Positions 38,864 through 47,545 of a stretch of DNA of 64,000 bases are shown here, piece after piece; positions within the stretch are counted from its first letter, which is position 1; the number at the start of each line of letters is the position of its first letter. This DNA is from Schmidtea polychroa. Its lineage: Eukaryota. The translations under genes and the position numbers were made by a program. The stretch lies in the NCBI GenBank assembly GCA_044892525.1, contig CM097885.1, positions 107,136,001 to 107,200,000 of the forward strand, given 5' to 3'. Under the pieces are notes generated by a model. It worked only from the letters and a program-made list of their open reading frames with translations. It ran no database searches and was not told where the DNA came from.

Positions 38864-40156
38864 ATGAATAATATAAATCTTAAAATTCAAGAAAAAAATA
38901 AATTAAATCTTGATTATAATAAAGAATTTACTCATGAAATCAAGAAAAACGATGTACTTAAAATCTCCCCAACTTCAGGATCTATTGCAAACTTAAATCG
39001 TAGGGGTGATATAGTTTTTCAATCTCTTCAAACATCAAACCCTATAGATATTTGTAATGCCAAATTATATTATAAAATCGAATTAGAAATTGAAGCAAAC
39101 AAAGATATAACCCTAGAAAATAATTTCTTTCCAAATTTATTCTCCAATATGAGATTAAAACTAGGATCATCAGAAATTGAAACTGTTTTACATCCGGGAG
39201 TATATTCTACAATGTTAAATTTTATTTTGACTGGTTGTGATTATAAAAACGAATATGGTGAATTAACAGGTTGGATTCCTGATGTTAATAAAGGGGATTT
39301 AGATAAAGATGGTTTAGATGTAAACCATGGTTACTATAAAAGAGCTGAACTTTATAAATCTAAAAAATTTGAAGGTTATTTTGAATTAAAACACTTGTTT
39401 GGATTCCTTCAAAACTATAATCGTATACTTCATAATGTTTTTATAGAATTCATCTGTAATAGAGTAGAAGGTGATAAAAGATTGTTCTATGGAGCTGTAG
39501 ATACAAAAGCTAAATTAAAATTATCAACACTTGAATTACATATACCTGAATGGACATTAAACCCACATTCTGAGATTAAACTCCTTGAAAGATTAAATTC
39601 CAACAAGTCTATAAATGTAAATTATTTAAATAGAATCTGTAGTGAATTTAGTATGACAGAGGGTTCAACATATTCTATAAAGGTAGCAAATTTAGCATAC
39701 CGACCAAGATATATCTTGATTGGATTCAAAGAAACAGATTCATCTTTCCAAAAAAATAACAATCTATTTATTCAAAAGATTGGAGATGATAATTTAAAAA
39801 CAATACAAATTCAATTAAATAGTTCTTATTATCCAATAAATAGAATGGAATTTAATATTGAAAATAATGAAAACATATTCCCATATCTAAATTATATTGA
39901 AACATGTTATGATTTCAAAGTTGAACCGCAATTAAGTTTAGAAGATTTCAAAAATTTATATTCTATATTTTGTATAAATGTATCAGACCAAGATGATCGA
40001 TTAGCCATAAATAATGTTGATGTTACACTTCATGTAACAAAGGATTCTAATTTTAAAGCTAAAGTATATACATTAATATTAGAAGAAAAGAAAATAGAAA
40101 TGAAATTATATGGTGGAAAGATTTCAATTATTGAAAATGTTAGGGGAGATTCTTGA
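38864..40156 (+). CDS. Putative major capsid protein (double jelly-roll, hexon-like)
   Basis: 430 aa, beta-rich, typical Polinton MCP size and position. Patterns such as FFPNLFSNMRLKLG, LKHLFGF, RPRYILIGF and YSIFCINVS resemble Polinton MCPs. Fold inferred. Confidence 0.8.
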   Translation: MNNINLKIQEKNKLNLDYNKEFTHEIKKNDVLKISPTSGSIANLNRRGDIVFQSLQTSNPIDICNAKLYYKIELEIEANKDITLENNFFPNLFSNMRLKLGSSEIETVLHPGVYSTMLNFILTGCDYKNEYGELTGWIPDVNKGDLDKDGLDVNHGYYKRAELYKSKKFEGYFELKHLFGFLQNYNRILHNVFIEFICNRVEGDKRLFYGAVDTKAKLKLSTLELHIPEWTLNPHSEIKLLERLNSNKSINVNYLNRICSEFSMTEGSTYSIKVANLAYRPRYILIGFKETDSSFQKNNNLFIQKIGDDNLKTIQIQLNSSYYPINRMEFNIENNENIFPYLNYIETCYDFKVEPQLSLEDFKNLYSIFCINVSDQDDRLAINNVDVTLHVTKDSNFKAKVYTLILEEKKIEMKLYGGKISIIENVRGDS

Positions 40157-40185
40157 TATAATCCCTGATATTTTAACATTTTAAA

Positions 40186-41592
40186 ATGTCTTTAAATAAA
40201 TATTGGAGATGTGAAACTTGTAATTGTCAAGTTACAAGACATCATAAAGCAAGCCATCTTAAAACTAAAAAACATACAGTAGGTGACCTAATTCCACGAG
40301 CTGGAGGCGATTTGCAATCTTCAAAAACAACATCTTCAATATTAAAACCTTTTACTACAGAAAAATATCCAGGTGAAAGACATTTATTTAAACACAACTA
40401 TACTGGACCAGGAACACGTCTAGATATTAGATTAGATGAAAATAATAATCCCAAACAAGGAGAAGAACCAATAAATAGAATTGATCAAGCAGCTTTAAAA
40501 CATGACATTGCATACAATTCAACAAATCTTAGAGATAGACATGTTGCAGATGTGAATTTAATACATGATTTAAATAGTATCCAAAATCCATCAACCCAAG
40601 AAAAGATTCAAAGAGCTCTAGTTAAATTAGCAATGAAAGGTAAGATTTTCATAGGCTTAGGACACAGTCCGATCACCATGGGTGCAAGACTTCATAGGAA
40701 AGCAAAAGATGTTGCTTATAAAAAGATTATCGAACAAGCAGACGCTGAAAGATCCCTCGAGAATATATCCAAGACTAGTTTACAAACCCCAACAGAATCA
40801 GAAATAAAATATGCAAAGGAATTACACCATGAATTTAGAAAAAATAAAAAATATTTAAAAGTTCAAGTACATGAAAAAGATCAAACATGGTCTGCAGATT
40901 TAGTCTTTATGCCCAAATCATCAGACCCTGAAAAATATAAAATAATTTTAACTGTAATAGATTTATATACAAGATTTGCTTTTGCAAGATGTTTAGAAAA
41001 TAAAACAGGATATTCTATTACAGAAGCATTTGAAAATATATTTGAAGAAAATCAAAGAATCCCAAAATATTTATGGTGTGATAAAGGAACAGAATTTTAT
41101 AACAAAGTTTTTACAAAGTTTTTAAATGAAAATGATATTAAATTATATTCAACAGAAAACGAAGGAAAAGCAGTCGTAGTTGAAAGATTAAATAGAACAT
41201 TAAAAAATAAAATGTGGAAATATTTTACTGCTATTGGAAAACAAAAATGGAACAATGAATTGTTACAAAAGATTGTAAATGAATATAATAATGATGTACA
41301 TAGTTCTATAAAATCAACACCTTTAAATGCTTCCATGAAGCCTGAAACCATTAAAGTGGTAAATATTGAAAATGATATTGAAAAACCAAAGTTTAAAATT
41401 GGTGACCGAGTAAGAATATTTAAATATAAAAATAAATTTGAAAAAGGATTCACAGCAAAATGGACAAATGAAATTTTTATTATAAATAAAATAAATTATA
41501 CAACTCCAATAACATATAGCATCTTTGATTTAAATAATGAAAAAATATTAGGTAGATTTTATAATAATGAACTACAGAAAACAGATTTTTAA
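40186..41592 (+). CDS. int: Retroviral-type DDE integrase with N-terminal zinc finger and parvovirus-type phospholipase A2 domain
   Basis: DDE residues in WSADLVFM / LWCDKGTEF / VVERLNRTLK, C-terminal KFKIGDRVRI...KWTNEIF region. PLA2 motifs YTGPG and DQAALKHDIAY. C-x2-C...H-x5-H finger at the start. Confidence 0.93.
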   Translation: MSLNKYWRCETCNCQVTRHHKASHLKTKKHTVGDLIPRAGGDLQSSKTTSSILKPFTTEKYPGERHLFKHNYTGPGTRLDIRLDENNNPKQGEEPINRIDQAALKHDIAYNSTNLRDRHVADVNLIHDLNSIQNPSTQEKIQRALVKLAMKGKIFIGLGHSPITMGARLHRKAKDVAYKKIIEQADAERSLENISKTSLQTPTESEIKYAKELHHEFRKNKKYLKVQVHEKDQTWSADLVFMPKSSDPEKYKIILTVIDLYTRFAFARCLENKTGYSITEAFENIFEENQRIPKYLWCDKGTEFYNKVFTKFLNENDIKLYSTENEGKAVVVERLNRTLKNKMWKYFTAIGKQKWNNELLQKIVNEYNNDVHSSIKSTPLNASMKPETIKVVNIENDIEKPKFKIGDRVRIFKYKNKFEKGFTAKWTNEIFIINKINYTTPITYSIFDLNNEKILGRFYNNELQKTDF

Positions 41593-41603
41593 GTCGACAA
41601 GCC

Positions 41604-42395
41604 CTAAAACAAACTTTTCCATATTTCAGCTTCTTCTCTATCCAAATAAATATAATTATATTTTTCTTTCCAATGATTATCAACAAACATATCAAACATA
41701 TTCTTATCAGGTTCAACATTTGAAAATAAATCATTATAAATCATATTCTTATCACGGCGATCTAATTTAAAAAATATAAAACAATTGGAATTATTTCTTA
41801 TTGAATTTTTATCTAAAGCATAATATGTTTGAGATATATAAATAACATTACAATTATTATGTCGACCTCGTGTAAAGTAACTCTTTTGAATCTCTTGATT
41901 TTTCATATTAACAACATCATCAAATATAACTAGATTCTTTTTATCTTTAGGAAGTAAATCACAATGTAAAACATCTTCAGGTTTATTAGAGAATAAAACT
42001 TGAATTGCCTCCTGCCCTTCTTCACAAATATAATCATTTTTATTACTAATATCTGATTCTAAAATCTTTTCCTTATACCAATCAACCATATCACAAGGTT
42101 GAAAAACTTCTTCAGGACACCTATGTTGATTTTTAAAAATATCAATTATTGCTTTTTTAGTTAATTTATTTTCAAATCCACATTTCAAAAGTTGTAATTC
42201 TGGTTGATTTATGGTTGTAGAATAAAAGATTAAATTATTATAATCTAAAAAATCATCTTCAAGTAACATTCTCAAAACAAGTACATTCTTTCCACATCCA
42301 GAAGAACCAACAATTAATAATCTAAAATTATCAGGAAATACTTTATTATTGAATTTACTCTTATGTCTATTTAAAATTGGTTTCCAAGTATCCAT
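41604..42395 (-). CDS. A32/FtsK-like genome-packaging ATPase
   Basis: Walker A GSSGCGKN, Walker B LVIFDD, and motif FTRGRHNNCNVIYISQ, typical of Polinton and poxvirus A32-like ATPases. Confidence 0.92.
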   Translation of the reverse strand: MDTWKPILNRHKSKFNNKVFPDNFRLLIVGSSGCGKNVLVLRMLLEDDFLDYNNLIFYSTTINQPELQLLKCGFENKLTKKAIIDIFKNQHRCPEEVFQPCDMVDWYKEKILESDISNKNDYICEEGQEAIQVLFSNKPEDVLHCDLLPKDKKNLVIFDDVVNMKNQEIQKSYFTRGRHNNCNVIYISQTYYALDKNSIRNNSNCFIFFKLDRRDKNMIYNDLFSNVEPDKNMFDMFVDNHWKEKYNYIYLDREEAEIWKSLF

Positions 42396-42411
42396 TTTTA
42401 TTTATTATAAA

Positions 42412-43020
42412 ATGACAACTGAAGAATCTTTGCAAGAATTAATAAATTCAAATAAAAATAAATCAGTAGTAATTGATGGTAAAAAATATTTTATTGGAAA
42501 ACATGTAAAAGAACAAGTTAGAGCGAAGCTCCACGAAGCTAAAGAAGGTGGCATTCTTCCATTAGCTGCTTTAATACCTGCAATCATTGCAGGTTTATCA
42601 GGTGCTGCTGGAATAGCTGGAGGAATTGCAACTACAGTTCAAAAAGCTAAAGAATCTCAAAAGACAGACCTAGAAAAAGAAAAACTACAAACTGAAATCG
42701 ATTCAATGAAGAAGGTAGGGCAAGCTAAAGGGGGAGTGTCCGTTGGAAAGGGTCTCTATCTTAATCCATATCAAGGGACTCCGTCTCAGGGGAGTCGGCA
42801 AAAGTCTCAGGGCAAAGGTCTCTATCTTGATCCTTATAAAGGTAGAAGTTTAAATGATTTTTTAAAAAATCAAATTTCTACATCTGAATCTTTATCTTCA
42901 AAAGATAAAGAAGATTTAAAAAAAATATGTAAATCTTTAAAGAATGGATGTCTTTGTAAAACTAAAAATGGCAAAGGTTTATACTTGAAGCCCTTTCCAA
43001 CGGATCCTTTACCAAAATGA
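42412..43020 (+). CDS. Putative virion core or membrane-active protein (Polinton PZ-like)
   Basis: Likely start is the ATG at 42412 (in frame with the track ORF). It contains GG|ILPLAALIPAIIAGLSGAAGIAGG and three GKGLYLxP repeats. Confidence 0.65.
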   Translation: MTTEESLQELINSNKNKSVVIDGKKYFIGKHVKEQVRAKLHEAKEGGILPLAALIPAIIAGLSGAAGIAGGIATTVQKAKESQKTDLEKEKLQTEIDSMKKVGQAKGGVSVGKGLYLNPYQGTPSQGSRQKSQGKGLYLDPYKGRSLNDFLKNQISTSESLSSKDKEDLKKICKSLKNGCLCKTKNGKGLYLKPFPTDPLPK

Positions 43021-43042
43021 TACCATTTTTAATACCATAAAA

Positions 43043-43912
43043 ATGGTATATGAAGAAAGATTAGCACTTTTAAAAAAATTACAATCAGAACAAGATAAAT
43101 ATAATAAAAAAGATACAAGTCAACATGCTGAATCTATAATATTAAATGAGGTAATAACACAACAACAGGGGCCAACAATTAAAGCTATAAAAGGATTAAA
43201 TGAGCAAGCAAAATTTAAAGAGTTAGAAGATGGAGGAAGTCCCCATGAACAAAAAATAAAAAAACTAGAGTGGAAGGAAGAATCCAGTGAAAACCATCCT
43301 GAAAGAAATCAAAGAAAACGCAGAAGAATTTCTAATGCGGAAGAAGAAGAAGAAATGTTTTTAAAAACAAAACCTCTTAAAGTTGATCCTAAAATTAGAG
43401 ATGATTTACCTCCTTCAATTAGACCCACATTTAATACTAATACTGAAGGATATCAAATAATAACAATTAATAAACAAAACTTTACTTTATATTCAAATTC
43501 AGAAAATAAATCACGTATTCATTCACAAAATGTTTATAATAATGAATATTTAGACTTTGAATTTACAGATGATTTTTATAAATTACTTTGTGGATATTCT
43601 TCAGATGATCTTGAAGAAATTAAAAAATATTTAAATTTAATAAGATTAATAAGAGCTGGTTCTAAAGCAAAATATATTCAAGATTTAAAGAATTATTTAG
43701 ATAAAAATGAAAAGGGTTATGTTGTTACAGAGGGAGAGGGATTAATTAGTGAAGGAAATTCCATCAATCTTTTTATTGAATTAAGAAAACTATTAGCTGC
43801 AAGGAAAGCAGGACATAATAATTTAGATTCTGATATTTTAAAGATTTCTAAAGATTTGTTAAAACAAGGAATAATTTCAAAAGATAAATTTAATAAGTAT
43901 ACGAAGTTATAA
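43043..43912 (+). CDS. Polinton hypothetical protein (possible core or DNA-binding protein)
   Basis: Intact 289-aa ORF co-oriented within the structural gene block; basic NLS-like RKRRR and a C-terminal ELRKLLAARKAGHNN motif. Confidence 0.7.
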   Translation: MVYEERLALLKKLQSEQDKYNKKDTSQHAESIILNEVITQQQGPTIKAIKGLNEQAKFKELEDGGSPHEQKIKKLEWKEESSENHPERNQRKRRRISNAEEEEEMFLKTKPLKVDPKIRDDLPPSIRPTFNTNTEGYQIITINKQNFTLYSNSENKSRIHSQNVYNNEYLDFEFTDDFYKLLCGYSSDDLEEIKKYLNLIRLIRAGSKAKYIQDLKNYLDKNEKGYVVTEGEGLISEGNSINLFIELRKLLAARKAGHNNLDSDILKISKDLLKQGIISKDKFNKYTKL

Positions 43913-43964
43913 ATACGAAGTTATAAAATACGTAGTTTTAAAATACGAAGTTTTAAAATACAAA

Positions 43965-44417
43965 ATGACTCCTTCAATATTAGATTTTTTAAAAACATTT
44001 GGAATAAATGCAAAAACAAATTTTGATTTAAAAGATTATGCAAATTATTTAAATTTAAAAATTAAAATATTAATGAATGATGAATTATCAAGTCTGGAGA
44101 GTCCCCTGAATATAATAATCAATTATCAAAATTCAAATGAAAAAGGATCTCATTGGGTTTGTATATATAAGAAATCTATCTACTTTGATTCTTTTGGGAT
44201 TAAACCTACTAAAGAAGTTGAAGATTATCTCTTGAGGGGTTCTCCGATTGATTCCCCAAATGGTTATACTTTTAACTCTTTACAAGTTCAACCTTTGAAT
44301 ACTAAAATATGTGGTATTTTAAGTTTATATGTTTTGTATAGATTGAATATGGGGCATACGCAGGATTTTGAATCTATAATTCAAGAAATTTATAATGATC
44401 TAGAATCTCTACTATAA
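43965..44417 (+). CDS. Adenain-like cysteine (maturation) protease
   Basis: GSHWVC (His), YFDSFG (Asp), QP...CG (Gln, Cys): the adenoviral protease catalytic pattern. Confidence 0.92.
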   Translation: MTPSILDFLKTFGINAKTNFDLKDYANYLNLKIKILMNDELSSLESPLNIIINYQNSNEKGSHWVCIYKKSIYFDSFGIKPTKEVEDYLLRGSPIDSPNGYTFNSLQVQPLNTKICGILSLYVLYRLNMGHTQDFESIIQEIYNDLESLL

Positions 44418-44465
44418 GGATTTTTACTATAAGGATTTTTACTATATGAATTTACTACTAAAGAA

Positions 44466-45230
44466 ATGGAGCTTCACAACCCTCCGGAAGATAATTTAAA
44501 AAAAATGGTAAACATAATGTCAGATAAATATTCAAGAACTTTATCTATAAATTCAAAAGAATCAGAGTTTACTATAAACTTTCAAGATTCAATTAAATTA
44601 GATCAAAATTTAAATTATGAATTGGGGCTATTATGGTTTTGTGCTTATAATACTATTTTTAATATAACTAAAGATAATAATAAATTTACTATTCAAACTC
44701 GTGATGGGCATAAACCAGAAATTATAACAATAGAACCTGGGGCATATGAGATAAAAGATTTAAATGATATACTTTCTAAAAAAACAAATGAAGGAATTAA
44801 AATTAAAATGGATATACCAACTTCAAAATGTGTAATGACTTTGAAGAATATAAAAATTAGTTTTTTAGATAATTGTTTCTTTCACACAGTTTTAGGATTT
44901 AAACCTATGGATATAACAATAAAAGAAGATAAAATAATAACATCAGAACATATTATAAAAATAATAAATACAAACACAATAAATATTCATTGCGATTGTA
45001 TAACAGGTTCTTATAATAATGGTAAACAAACAAATGTTTTATATTCCTTTCCCTCAAACACAGTTCCTATGGGATATAAAATAGTTGAAAGAATGAATCC
45101 TCCAAATTATTTACCTTTATGTAGAAAATATATAATGGATATTAATTTTAAAATTCTTAATCAAGAAGGAGAATTGATTGATTTTAATGGAGAAGAGATT
45201 TCAATGTATTTACATTTGAAACAGGTTTAA
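44466..45230 (+). CDS. Putative minor capsid protein (penton-like single jelly-roll)
   Basis: 254 aa; IEPGAYEIKDLN and INIHCDCITGSYNNGKQTNVLYSF...YLPL...DINFKILNQEGELIDFNGE patterns resemble Polinton minor capsid proteins. Confidence 0.8.
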   Translation: MELHNPPEDNLKKMVNIMSDKYSRTLSINSKESEFTINFQDSIKLDQNLNYELGLLWFCAYNTIFNITKDNNKFTIQTRDGHKPEIITIEPGAYEIKDLNDILSKKTNEGIKIKMDIPTSKCVMTLKNIKISFLDNCFFHTVLGFKPMDITIKEDKIITSEHIIKIINTNTINIHCDCITGSYNNGKQTNVLYSFPSNTVPMGYKIVERMNPPNYLPLCRKYIMDINFKILNQEGELIDFNGEEISMYLHLKQV

Positions 45231-45256
45231 CGAAGTCCATTTTAAATTATTAATAA

Positions 45257-46267
45257 ATGAGTTCTTATATTCCATGTAATAGAGGTGGTGGAACAATAAA
45301 AACAGGGTTTAATACAGAAGAAATATTAACTTTAACAGAAAATAAATATATTAATGAAAGAGGTGATTCAATGAAGGGTGATTTAATTTTAAATGGACAC
45401 AAGATAAAAGAATTATCTTTTCCAACTGATGAAGCTGATGCAGTTAATAAGAAATATGTAGATGGTGTTAAAAAATATACTGATTTAACAACAACAAGAA
45501 TTGAAAGTTCATTAACAACAAAAATTGATTCAATGGAATCAAAGCTTAATAATATCGAACAACGATTTAATGATAAATTTGACAAGTTACAAAGTCTGTT
45601 AACTGAACAAGTTGTAAAGTTAAATACTGCTATATTAAATTCTAAAGATAAACAAATTATGAATACTAAATTTAATGCAATATATAATATAATAAATGAG
45701 ATGATTACATCATTTAATAAAAGAATTTCAAATTTAGAGTCTCGTGGAACACACACTAACACCACACATAGTATTAGAAAAAGAGCTGCTGAATTAGAAC
45801 AGAATAAAACATTATTACCCCATACATATAAACATTTTATAGAACCAAGTTTAATAACAACAAACAGTAAAGAATGGGGTGTTTTTATGGTTGTAAAAAT
45901 TATTGATCCTTATTTCTTTTTGTTTGATGATGATAATGAAAGAATGAAATGGTTTGTGAAATGTGATTATAATAGTAAGCTTGAAAAGGGTGATGTTATA
46001 ATGACTAGTTATGATTTACCACACGGAGATTGGTATGTTAATACTCATTCACATGGACTACATAAAGTTAAAAGTAAGAATATTCATTTTTCTAGTTCAC
46101 TTGTACAATATATAGATTTAATATTTTATGAAAAAAAGGTTGATGTTGATGAAGTTCGTAAAGCATTGAGAGAATTGTATAAAGATATCCTCTCAACAAG
46201 AGTTTCTTTTGATATCCGAGTATTGGTGCCAGATGGTGCTCAGAAGAATAAAGTCTTATTTTTTTAA
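45257..46267 (+). CDS. Putative fibre or receptor-binding protein
   Basis: GDSMKGDLILNGHKIKELSFPTDEADAVNKKYVD resembles a phage and virus fibre repeat, followed by a long heptad coiled coil and a beta-rich C-terminal domain. Confidence 0.55.
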   Translation: MSSYIPCNRGGGTIKTGFNTEEILTLTENKYINERGDSMKGDLILNGHKIKELSFPTDEADAVNKKYVDGVKKYTDLTTTRIESSLTTKIDSMESKLNNIEQRFNDKFDKLQSLLTEQVVKLNTAILNSKDKQIMNTKFNAIYNIINEMITSFNKRISNLESRGTHTNTTHSIRKRAAELEQNKTLLPHTYKHFIEPSLITTNSKEWGVFMVVKIIDPYFFLFDDDNERMKWFVKCDYNSKLEKGDVIMTSYDLPHGDWYVNTHSHGLHKVKSKNIHFSSSLVQYIDLIFYEKKVDVDEVRKALRELYKDILSTRVSFDIRVLVPDGAQKNKVLFF

Positions 46268-46275
46268 TTATTAAA

Positions 46276-46872
46276 ATGGAAGAAGTAAGAGAAGAAAAAT
46301 TTTACCCCGAATTGAGATCATCAGGATATTATTCTTCCAAGGCCTCGGCTCCCACAGAACTTGAAATTATGAGAGTAAAAGAATTTAAATCAGAAACCTT
46401 ACATTTACAAGATTTATTAAAGCATTATAAAAAAATTAAAAATAGATGGAATAAAGGGAATACAGTTTTAAAAGTTATAGGTTATTCTTTAGGATTTGCA
46501 TCTGCAATATTAACAGTTATTTTACCCATAACTTTACCAGTTGTTACTCTTGCACCTGTAATACTTGGAAGTATTTCTGTGGCTGATGGTTTCTTAACTG
46601 AAATAGTTTCATTATCTTATACTTCTAAAAAGAAAAGTTTATATAGAGAAGTTTGTTTATCAATAGAATTAGGAATCTCTAAATTATTTTTATTTCAATT
46701 AAAAGCTTTGGAAGATGGAATCCTGACAGACGAAGAAATAATGAAATCAAATCAAATAATACAAGATATAAAGAATGAGGTTATAAGATTAAAAAGGGAG
46801 GGCATGGTGGCTAATGTTATAAGTAATAAAAAAACATCTCGAGAAAAATGGTTAAAGAATTCTTACTTATAA
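46276..46872 (+). CDS. Small hydrophobic-hairpin membrane protein of the Polinton
   Basis: Central hydrophobic stretch VLKVIGYSLGFASAILTVILPITLPVVTLAPVILGSISVA, then KALEDGILTDEEI motif; intact ORF. Confidence 0.65.
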   Translation: MEEVREEKFYPELRSSGYYSSKASAPTELEIMRVKEFKSETLHLQDLLKHYKKIKNRWNKGNTVLKVIGYSLGFASAILTVILPITLPVVTLAPVILGSISVADGFLTEIVSLSYTSKKKSLYREVCLSIELGISKLFLFQLKALEDGILTDEEIMKSNQIIQDIKNEVIRLKREGMVANVISNKKTSREKWLKNSYL

Positions 46873-46966
46873 AATGGGTGTATTTTTAAAAAAGTAGATC
46901 AGGTTGCTATAGTTGCTTAAATTAATTGTCGACATTTTATTATTAAAAAATTAAATATCGTTGGTT

Positions 46967-47521
46967 TCAGTTATGGTTGAAAGCCAACCTATGAATCATT
47001 AATTTATGATCTTTAAATTCTTTATCACTTAGACCTTTTATATATTCAGGATCAGTATTAAAATATTTAAGTTCTAAACATATAGGATTAAAAACTTGAG
47101 AATATAAAGGTTTCTCGATTTCTCTCTCGGGATAAATAATTTCAACATTATAAATATCAAGATCAGTAATCTTTGTATCATATAACTTATTCAACTTTTC
47201 TAGATTTTTTATTATAGGGATTAAATTATTTCCAATAGGTAGAGTTGTCTTTAAATCACTTAGTATGAATCTCTTATCATCATAATTTGATAATGATACT
47301 TTTTGAGATTCTATCAAGTGAATATCATGGTTTTCACTTTTAAGTTGATGTATTTCATCAATTTTATCTTTATGATTTGGATTCAATGTATCTATATAAT
47401 CTTGATGAGAAAGATTCTTTGCAACCACTCTCTGTATTCCTTTACATCTGTTATCCTTTAAATTAGTAATATTTTTTATAATTTCAAAAATGTTATTTTC
47501 TTGATTTTTAGTTTCCATCAT
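46967..47521 (-). CDS. Stand-alone paralogue of the pPolB C-terminal region (184 aa)
   Basis: Aligns to the last ~170 aa of PolB (KGIQ...NYDDKRFILSDLKTTLPIGN...LKYFNTDPEYI). It has its own ATG and upstream motif. Confidence 0.85.
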   Translation of the reverse strand: MMETKNQENNIFEIIKNITNLKDNRCKGIQRVVAKNLSHQDYIDTLNPNHKDKIDEIHQLKSENHDIHLIESQKVSLSNYDDKRFILSDLKTTLPIGNNLIPIIKNLEKLNKLYDTKITDLDIYNVEIIYPEREIEKPLYSQVFNPICLELKYFNTDPEYIKGLSDKEFKDHKLMIHRLAFNHN

Positions 47522-47545
47522 TTTATAGTGTTAAAATTCTAATTC

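Noticed and set aside
42349-42411. Track start of the core-protein ORF at 42349
   Set aside because: It overlaps the ATPase start on the other strand; the ATG at 42412 has the shared AAAATG context and is preferred.
43898-43910. Exact 13-bp loxP arm TATACGAAGTTAT
   Set aside because: No inverted partner arm with an 8-bp spacer. It is the first unit of a direct tandem array, and the element has no tyrosine recombinase, so coincidence is more likely than a loxP site or vector contamination.
45265-45765. 166-aa antisense ORF, plus similar ones at 41097..41453, 53153..53584, 56003..57102 and 3281..3550
   Set aside because: Shadow frames opposite real genes in biased-composition DNA; hydrophobic low-complexity translations with no motifs.
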